Source: Octopus sinensis (lineage: Eukaryota). Taken from it: a stretch of 64,000 nucleotides of DNA. The stretch lies in contig NC_043012.1 of NCBI RefSeq assembly GCF_006345805.1, positions 48,856,001-48,920,000 of the forward strand. Direction: 5' to 3'. The position numbers and the translations under genes were made by a program. Positions 53,360 through 64,000 of this stretch are shown one piece after another (position 1 is the first letter of the stretch; every line of letters starts with the position of its first letter). Below the pieces are notes generated by a model. It made no database searches. It was not told the DNA's origin and saw only the letters and a list, made by a program, of their open reading frames with translations.

Positions 53360-53758
53360 TATTTCTTCACTACCCACAATGGGCCAAACAAGGACAGACA
53401 AACGGATTAAGTCGATTATATCGACCCCAGTGCGTAACTGGTACTTAATTTATCGACCCCTGAAGGATGAAAAGCAAAGTCGACCTCAGCGGAATTTGAA
53501 CTCAGAACGTACCGGCAGACGAAATACCTATTTCTTTATTACCCACAAGGGACTAAACATAGAGGGGACAAACAAGGACAGAGAAACGGATTAAGTCGAT
53601 TACATCGACACCAGTGCGTAACTGGTACTTATTTAATCGACTCTGAAAGGATGAAAGGCAAAGTGACCTCGGCGGAATTTGAACTCAGAACGTAACGGCA
53701 GACGAAATACCGCTAAGCATTTCGCCCGGAGTGCTAACGTTTCTGCCAGCACGTCGCC
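53360..53758 (-). mobile_element. Family C SINE: head plus two body units
   Basis: Same unit twice (53365-53530, 53530-53710), then the head. Confidence 0.85.
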
Positions 53759-54640
53759 TTTATAATTGTAATTTATGGTAGAGATTTGAAACCTCCACTT
53801 GCATGTTATGTTACTACTTCTAAATACCCTTACCTACTGGGCCACCAAAGCAGCAACACAACTGGAAAAATACCGCTGAGTATTTTATCCGATGCTCGAA
53901 AGATCCTGGCAAATAATAATGATCTCTTTTATATGATGACAATAATTCTTTCTACGGATAACCTACTCGCTTTATGGAACTGGAAGAAGCTGACATCGAC
54001 TTAGCTAAAGAGAAAATGCCTGCTTTTTCTCTTTTCACCGTGCAACCTCTGTCGCCATATCCACCAGACTGGAGAACTCTGCCTACCCTTGACTGTCAAA
54101 GGAATGATAATAATGCTTTCAAATTTTGACACAAGGTCAGCAAGTTCATGTGAGGGCACTAATTGATTACATCGACCTCAGTGCTCAACTGGTTCTTAAT
54201 TAATCAATCCCGAAAGGATGAAAGGTTAAGTCGAGCTCGGCGGAATTTGAACTCAAAATGTAAAGACGGACGAAATGTTACTATGCATTTTGTCCGGCGT
54301 ACTTAACGACTCTGCCACCTCATCACCTTAAAAGACATGATAATAATCCTTTCCACTCTAGGCACAAGACCTGAAATTTCGTGAGAGGAGGTAAATTGAT
54401 TATATTGACCCCAGTGCGGAACTGATACTTATTTCATCGACCCGAAAGGACAAAAGGCAAAATCGACCTCGGTGGTATTTGAACATAAAGACGGACGAAA
54501 TGCCGCTCACCAACTCAAAAACAATGATAATAATAATACTCCTTTCTACTATAGGCACTAGACCTATAGTAGAGTAGATATTAAAGTTGTGATCGTCTTC
54601 TTTTTCTACTACTACTACTACTACTACTACTACTCTACTA

Positions 54641-54675
<35 letters not shown>

Positions 54676-55129
54676 ACTACTACTATTATCCGAAACCTGA
54701 TCCATGGGCTCGTCTCTACGACGTGGTCCTGGGAAGGTCTTTTGTTTTTAATTTAAAACTTAGCAGTTACCTACACAAACATGTTTCACCTCTTCACCTT
54801 GGAATGAAAAGAACCAGCACATTTTCTCACAGGCAAAAAACAACTAAACGACGGATGTGTTGCCATCAAAATGCAAAGAAAGAGCTGCAAGAGATATCTC
54901 AAGTCGTCTCGTCCGACACTCGACCGACTCCGTGAATCCACCGCCCTTGACGGACGGGGATCCTAAACGGGTGTAAAGGCAAATTTGACAAGGGTGGTAT
55001 TTGAAGAGAAACGGCGGAGAGCTAAAATGAATAAGCATTTTATCTCACAATCTGAAGACTTAGTCAAAGCTGCTGCTACTGCTGCTTCTGCTGCTGCTGC
55101 TGGTGCTGCTACAACTACTACTACTACTA

Positions 55130-55170
<41 letters not shown>

Positions 55171-55639
55171 TTACTACTTCTACTACTACTACTACTGACG
55201 TTTTATTCAAACTGCGTTACTCTCAAATCGGTCAGATTTAAATAATAAACCTTGTACAACGTAGTAATTTCTTGATAATGTCTGAAGGTTATAAAATAAG
55301 ACACAAGACAATGCACTCAAGCATAAATTTATATATCTGGTTAACCTATCCATCATTAATAACTGAAAGTAATTACTGCGCTCATTCCATATTATCTTCT
55401 CACTCGAATTAAAGGAAGAAGAGAGCAAGGAATAGTAAATAATCGATACTCTATAGTCTAGATTGAGCGTTAGTATGGTTATATGGATAATAAATTTGTT
55501 TTGCAAACGACGATTTTCCTGGTTCGATCTCACTACGCTTTGCAACTGAAATTTGCTCGAAGGAATTGAATGGAAGGAGTTTGTGCGTATTACCAAGAAA
55601 TATAAGTGTGTATACTATCGATACTATTCGATACTATTA

Positions 55640-55680
<41 letters not shown>

Positions 55681-55707
55681 ATATATATATATATAAAGAG
55701 TAAAGAG

Positions 55708-55751
<44 letters not shown>

Positions 55752-55887
55752 ATATATATATTATATAATATATCTGTCTATACATATATATCTATATATA
55801 TATATATATGTATATATAGATTGTAGATATAACATACGTATATATGTATATATATATATGTATATATGTATATGTTTATGTATATAT

Positions 55888-55987
55888 NNNNNNNNNNNNN
55901 NNNNNNNNNNNNNNNNNNNNNNNNNNNNNNNNNNNNNNNNNNNNNNNNNNNNNNNNNNNNNNNNNNNNNNNNNNNNNNNNNNNNNNN
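55888..55987. other. Assembly gap (100 N)
   Basis: A run of exactly 100 N following a (TA)-rich tract. Confidence 1.
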
Positions 55988-56847
55988 TAACTCAACTTCT
56001 TGGCTAATGTTTTCCTCCATTTTCTCGATCTATCTTTTGATTTGTATGAGCTGCTATTTCTATATACATATTTTCCCACTCGGCTATAGACACTTGTAAC
56101 TTCCGCACCGTGCTCGAACAACTATCGCATTCCTTTTTCTTTCTATGTGTATCAGCTAACAATTTCTTTTCATTTCCTCAACATATTATGGTTATTCCAG
56201 CCTTCACGGACTTTGCACTAGCTTTACTGACTTTTCACCCTTATAATCGTGGTTTTAAATGCTTTTCGTCAGTTTTGTATTGTAATTCATTTTCTTATCT
56301 TGTTTTTGTTTCCTTTCTTCTCTACTTTAACTTGCAACTTTCCTTTCCTTTCTTCTTTTGCTTGCCTCTGAAATCATAAGTGTGCTATGTTAGATACATT
56401 GGGTGTTCGTCTGGTATATTAATTTTTGTTCATTTTAATATGTCTTAATTATGCTTGCACTTACGATTAAAAAGTGCATTTTGTGCACTAATAATGGAAC
56501 CATATGATATGCGGCTCAATCTGTTTTTAAGGAGTTCCCTTCATGAGTTGCATTCCCTCGCGTTCGGTACACTGTATTTATTATGGTAGTTTTGACTTTA
56601 AGTGTCCCTCAAATCGTGAGGCATGTATCTGTATTAATGCTCTTAATATAAATAAATATACTTAAAGGGAATAATCATAATTTCTCCCTCGCGTATGTTG
56701 CGCACACATCGCCAACATTCGTCAATTTCTTGAAAATGTGGTCATAACCCTGAAATATTGGATACAAGGTAAGTCTACATTAATTTACATATTTGTTTTC
56801 TCGTGATTTACCTTGCATTTACTTTGCATTGTTTTGGCCTTTATACA

Positions 56848-56879
<32 letters not shown>

Positions 56880-57064
56880 TATAATATATCATATATATTA
56901 TACACATATACATATATACATATATATATTTATATATACTTTTATACCATATAACAAATAACGACAAATGTATAGTTATCGCATATGTCAGCGTGTGTGT
57001 GTGTGTGTGTGTATGTGGTGTGTTCGTGTGTGTGTACCTGTGTATTCGGTTAGGGATCGAGGTC

Positions 57065-57420
57065 ATGGTTTAGGAAGACTAGTTTTAAGAGTTTTCGGAA
57101 AGTAGTATGGGCCGCGCTGATACCATTCTCTATTTCTTTCTGAATTGTGCATTTGCTGGAAGAGCTGGCTTCCTAGGTATGGGAATTCCTCCAGTTTACA
57201 AGGCAGTTCCACGTAACCTTATATCACTACTGTCAAGAAGAAGTTGACCGTGAGATCCTTATACAAGGTTTTTCGTATTCATTACGTTCGTGGTCAGACC
57301 AGAGCGGGTATACAAATTTTCGAAGACGTTCACAAACTCTTGAAGATCGGAAACCGGGTTTTCGGGATTGGCATTGTCATCAGACTACACCAACTCACGT
57401 ACTTTAACCAACATATATAT
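57065..57420 (-). mobile_element. RTE-clade LINE reverse transcriptase fragment (pseudogenised)
   Basis: Minus strand reads VRELV*SDD...DLQEFVNVFENLYTRSGLTTNVMNTKTL...LEEFPYLGSQL...EIENGISAAHTTFRKL, with decayed YADD and FTYLGS motifs. Confidence 0.85.
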
Positions 57421-58894
57421 ATTGTTGGAGTCATAAGGATTTGGAAACTTTGAGGAGGCGTTAGATATCTTTCTTTGGGGGAGGTGAAATTCGAAGCAAA
57501 GCAGATGAAATATATGGATAATAGCGTGCAAATTATTTGGTTAAAAAACCTTGTATGTGTGTGTTTGCATGTATATATATGTGTATTATATATTTAATAT
57601 GTGTGTGCGCGTGTGTGTATAATAAACGCATACACATCTATATAATACACACCTATATATGTCTATATATATATATATGTATGTATGTATGTATGTTTAT
57701 ATATATATATATATATATGCATAGGCGAACACACAAGGACGCATATATACATCTATGCGGACGTACATTTATATCAACGTACGTACGTACGTACATAGTA
57801 CCTCTCTTCCTCGCTACCAACCTCCCTACATACATACGTACATACATATGTTCACTGTCAGTTTCTTTTCTTTATTACAATGCTCGGAAAAATGTTTCCG
57901 AACTTCGTTTTATAATTACTTACGTGAAGAAGGAAACAAACGAATAAAAATATCGAATGCAAAGAAAAGAAAAGAAAAGAAAAGAAACGAAAAGAAAAAG
58001 CACATAAATCGAAAAACACCTTATTTTAATTTGCGCCCCACTAAGGTGACTTATAATTCTAATTGTTCCTATATATCTATGTATTTTGCTGCTATAAGTT
58101 CAAGTTCAGACATTGGCACCTGGTTGTTTGACTGAGTTGGCTACAGATGAGTTTATCTTTTGTAAACTTGAAATCCCACGTTGAATGGGAAATGCTTTTA
58201 ACATTTATTGTAAATTATTCGTTGCAAAAAAAAAAAAAAAAAAAAAAATTAAAACACTGTCATCAACACATAGAAACGTTTTTGGTTCATTAATTTACAC
58301 AAGCGGCAATGAATAGCAGCTCTTACCATTTCGGAACGAGATTATTAAGAAAGAAAAATTTGTGTAAAATCAACAAAAACATACATACGTGCATACGTAT
58401 GTATGTTTATATATATATATATATATATATATGTGTTGTGTGTGTGTGTGTGAGTGTGTGTATGTGTGCGTGTGTGTGTGTATAAATGTATGTATATAAT
58501 ATATATGTATATATATATACACACACATATATATATATATATATACATATATATATGTTTATATATATATGTATATATATGTATGTACATACATGTATAC
58601 ATATGTATGTTTATGTTTATATATATAATATATATACATATATAGTATTATTATTATATATCTACATATATATATAATATATGTATGTATGTATGTACAT
58701 ATATGTATACATATGTTTATATATATATAATATATGTGCGTGTGTGTGTGTGTATGCTTAATATTAATGCAAATATAATACATTCAAGCCTGTATGCATA
58801 CACTCACAAGCACACAAACAGTTTTACATACACACGTGCGTACATATATGTATGTCAGATGGTTGTGTTTTAAAGAAAGAATTGGCGAATACGT

Positions 58895-59771
<877 letters not shown>

Positions 59772-60731
59772 CGTGCAAGCATGTGAGCGTATATCTGTTT
59801 AGTATTAATTGATTTTCTTGAATTTATTCATTGTCTTAGAATGGATTTTTTTGGAAAAAAATAAAACGTACCCTTTGTCTTTCAAGACTGGTACTAATGG
59901 ATTTTGCTGACTTTATCCTCTGTCTTTGAAAAGCTTGATATTAATGGATTTCTAATACTGAATTTATTATTTACTTGGAAACATTTGGTGCTAATACATT
60001 TTGGTGAATTTGAAAAACATGTAATATTACATATTAATATGAATGTGCTGTGTGACCTGCTGATTTCGGGAAGTTAGCAAGTTCTTAACCAGGCTGTAAG
60101 CTACTTAAAACGGGAAGTACAAGCGAGAAAAATAAGACTCTAAGAAATACAGCCGCCAAGTAAGCAGGGAGGTGATTATTATTTAACCTCAAGTCAACTC
60201 CTATTTCGTAAATCTATGATCAAAGGGACTTTTCTTCCACTATAATGTCTTGTTGGAAACTACGTTATCCAATATGTATTTTTAAAGGATATCGAAGTGT
60301 AATTCGAAAGAGGCTTATCTTCTATTTCTTGTATGTCGATAAACAGTCTACAGTTTCCCTCACTCGTATCTCATTGGTGAAATCAAAAGATAATGGAAGT
60401 CCTGGAGGTTGTAGAACATGTTCACTACATGAAGGTAGTTTTGCTAGTGAAGTTTAAAAGTACAGCTACAATTTCTTAAAGAGCGAATGTGGTACATTAT
60501 AGTGTACCCCGCTTTGAAGTGATTACAATGTTCAATTAAAAGACCAACGCACAAATTATCTGCTACCCTCGCTACATTAGAAGAATTTGAATCATTTATC
60601 TTCTAAAGAGTAGCATAAAAACAAAACGCAATGAACATGCGTGTATGACATTTTAACGTCAGCAATTCTGATTCAATAGTAATTCTTTACAAAGGACGAT
60701 GTATTTTGGAACAATTTTTTACGTATCCAAA

Positions 60732-60845
60732 AACAGAAAGTTATATCGAACTGGGTATATTTGCATAAATGCATTGTACTAAACAACAGAAAGTTATATC
60801 GAACTGGGTATATTTGCATAAATGCATTGTACTAAACAACAGAAA
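60732..60845. repeat. Perfect 53-bp tandem duplication
   Basis: AACAGAAAGTTATATCGAACTGGGTATATTTGCATAAATGCATTGTACTAAAC x2 plus AACAGAAA. Confidence 0.95.
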
Positions 60846-61125
60846 TACTGTTATGTCTTACTTTTAAGAAATATTAATTGCAGGGAGAAGATAGTTAAAA
60901 ATACCGAACTTAGTAAACATGGTATCCATAGATTGAAATCATTGTATTTCTGAAAAGAAATGCGTAAGGATTCTATTTCAAGCATTTTAAATAACCGTTC
61001 AAAACAACTGTTCCTTAACATATTTGTGAAGACACTTCAAAATGCTGTATATAAGAACGTTGCATCATAAATACTTACGTGTGCGTGTATGTGTGAGCAT
61101 GTGTGTATCTGTAGATGTTTCTTTT

Positions 61126-61491
61126 CTTTTTTTACTTGTTTCAGTCATTTGGCTGTGGCCATGCTGGAGCACCGCCTTTAGTCTAGCAAATCGACCCCAG
61201 GACTTACTTTTGCCCAACCGTTAAGTTACGGGGGCGTAAACACACCAGCATCGGTTGTCAAGCGATGTTGGTGGTGGGGGGAACAGACACAGACACACAA
61301 ACATAGACACATACATACATACATATATATATATATACATATATACAACGGGCTTCTTTCAGTTTCCGTCTACCAAATCCACTCACAAGGCTTTGGTCGG
61401 CCCGAGACAGTTGACCAAGGTGCCACGCAGTGGGACTGAACACGGAACTATGTGGTTTGTAAGCAGGTTACTTACAACACAGCCACTCCTG
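61126..61491 (-). mobile_element. Full-length family B SINE
   Basis: Reverse complement of the 18887-19372 consensus. Confidence 0.85.
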
Positions 61492-62381
61492 ATGCATATA
61501 TATATACACACACATATATACACACTCACTCAGAAGCAAATATGCACACATTTTTACAAATGCACATACATACAGAGACAAAGACAGATGCACACACGCG
61601 CACACAAACACACACGCGCACACAAACACACACGCGCACACAAACACACACACACACATACACATAAATATTTGCTATAGTTTACGTAAGTACCGTAAAG
61701 AGCAGAAATAATGTCTAACCATAAACATATGATATACACTTGATACGTAAATACGCAGGTAAGTCGATTAAATAAAGGCAGAATCACAATGCAACAAATC
61801 TATTAGACAATACACAACTACACTTACAGTTATTACATGCATAGTGAGTTTTATGAAATCAAATGCATAGCAGAAACAGAATAGATGAACAAATAGTAAA
61901 AAAAAATTTCAAAAATGAAACACAAAACGTGTCACAAGATAACACTAGCTATATATTACAAAGCCAATAAGATTTATAAACCATTTTGATAAAAACTTAC
62001 CGTTGGCATGAAAACCTAACAATGAACTTAGAATGGCTGTAAAAGTTTAAGTTGCAGACTTCACAATTCTATCTCTTATATTTGCCAGATAAATATAGCA
62101 TGTTCTCGCTGGCTCACCATGCATATAAAGGAAAGAGCAATTGCAACAGGCTACACCAGAACGCCATCTTAACAGAACGCCATCTTAACAGAATGCCATA
62201 CATAAAGCACATCTTTGCAGAAAATACGTTCATACTTTATAGAATTCCTCATAGAAAATAGTGATTATGAAAACGATACTGTTATTGTTACACAAGGGGA
62301 CAATTAGCACACGACTTATGCTCGCAACATTTTCAAATCTAATGGCGTTAAAACTTAGGGTTAAATTCTGACGAAAAAATT

Positions 62382-62420
<39 letters not shown>

Positions 62421-63220
62421 TTCTATAAAGATAAAGCGCCTACGATAAAAGGGCGACAGAGAAGCCAACCTACTCCACATCCTAAAGGTGTGACTGACTT
62501 AACCTGAATACACTGATGATTAAGAAGATTTTGGGGAACTAAATTTTCCAAAACTACCTACATTTGAACTGATACACAGATATGTGAAACCTTAATTAAA
62601 AGATCGAATTACAACATAGTCGTATATTCAGGACATGTTTAATAGAAGAGCTGTGCCCCTTACATATGTAAGTGAGTATACATATGCATAAACGTATATA
62701 TGTATATCTGTGAGCTCGTACCAGTGTGTGTATACAACATAAGTGATTACTGTACTTAGGTCAGAATATGCAGTTTTAGCAATCCAATTACTGTACATAT
62801 TTCATATGTATGCAACCAGCTGTCTCTCATAAAAACAAAAGATTCATATTGAAATAAATTTTTTATTTGCATTCATTTCTGAATTTGTGCCTGCATTACA
62901 GGTGTGTGCGAACGTATGTATGTATTTATATTTGCGAATATAAATACATACATGTATGTGAATATGTATACACATGTGTATATGGATACATTCATGCACG
63001 TTCCTATACCCGCTGCACATTATTATATACACAACAAACAGGTTAACTCGTACAACATTGTGTATTTCCATGGTTACAATCATCCACAAACTTTCAAGAA
63101 TGGTAGAGAAGAATTTAAAACATATGAAAATTAGTAGTTTTCAAAATGAAATCCTACAAGGATAGAACTTTATGCATTCAGTGTTTCTACTTCTCTCTTA
63201 CATTAAAACAATGAATAGAC

Positions 63221-63436
63221 ATATTCTGTTGTGTCTGGGGAGATTCATTTTCTTTTTGTGCCTTATTATGTAACACACTCACCAGTAAAATTTCCACTTT
63301 TTTTTTTCTATTTTTATTGTCCTAAAATTTTCGTTGCGTCTTGCAACCTTTTCAATAGTTTTGAAATTTTACCAGTGAGTGTGTTACATAATAAGGCACA
63401 AAAAGAAAATGACTCTTCCCAGACACGACAGAATAT
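63221..63436. mobile_element. MITE-like element with ~74-bp terminal inverted repeats
   Basis: 63221-63294 is the reverse complement of 63363-63436 with ~5 mismatches; 68-bp spacer. Confidence 0.75.
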
Positions 63437-64000
63437 ACTTCAACGCAAGAACTCATATAAGGAATCTTGCAAACCAAATCCAAAAACGAAATGAATAGGC
63501 ACTAAAACTTCTATCCGCTTCACCTTCAACAATAACACAGTTCTGATCCTTCTCCTTACTTTTCTTCCTTTATTTCACCTTCTTCTATTACATAAGGGGC
63601 CACCAACAATAAAGCAAATCCTAAATACCTTCGCTAATCTAGACAAAGAATTTGTTAGCAAGAGTGCGTGTTGTTGTAACTGCGATTTACACGACTTGAC
63701 ACCACTTCAACACTGTTCAAGTGAAGCTATTAATAATCTTCACCATTACCGAACACTTTACACGCACCCAGACCGTAAAGATTGACTGTGAGCGGGGTCA
63801 TGGGTATGGTGGATGTGTAGCAGAGAAGTTGGTTACTGTGATGGTAGGGTGACAGTGACGATAGGGGTGCTGGTCGTGGTGGTAATGGTGTTCTTCTCAT
63901 TGCATGAGTTCTTGAGAACGGCGATATAGGAATAGATCTCTTCTGGTAGGATTGCATAACTCATGCCTGATAGGTGTTTGCATGCATGTATGTATGTATG

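Noticed and set aside
62157-62198. 16-bp tandem CAGAACGCCATCTTAA x2.6
   Set aside because: An ordinary slippage duplication with no further structure.

Overview
AT-rich eukaryotic DNA saturated with microsatellites ((TA)n, (TACA)n, (TAGA)n, (CA)n, (AAT)n, (CTT)n) and interspersed repeats. The SINE families resemble cephalopod/octopus SINEs, so the window is most likely an intron or intergenic stretch of an Octopus-like genome (inference). No intact, recognisable host gene is present, and most track ORFs are microsatellite read-throughs. Recognisable content: three tRNA-headed SINE families, one of which forms head-plus-tandem-body multimers; decayed RTE RT/3' and 5'UTR fragments; an R4/Dong-type LINE end inside (AAT)n; a CR1/L2-like LINE C-terminus; a mariner-derived MITE; two other short inverted-repeat elements; and a 100-N gap. 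The most interesting content is a cluster of Penelope-like element (PLE) derivatives. A duplicated ~1 kb fold-back at 30.8-33.0 kb carries a GIY-YIG C-terminus and a minimal hammerhead ribozyme with a U3-A8 core pair in place of C3-G8. A 5-copy non-autonomous family carries a hammerhead-like motif with a shared A6-to-U change. There are further degenerate hammerheads and a second ~700 bp near-perfect palindrome at 37.2-37.9 kb. Several tandem duplications differ mainly by indels or microsatellite length and may be assembly artefacts. Coordinates were counted by hand; repeat boundaries are approximate.
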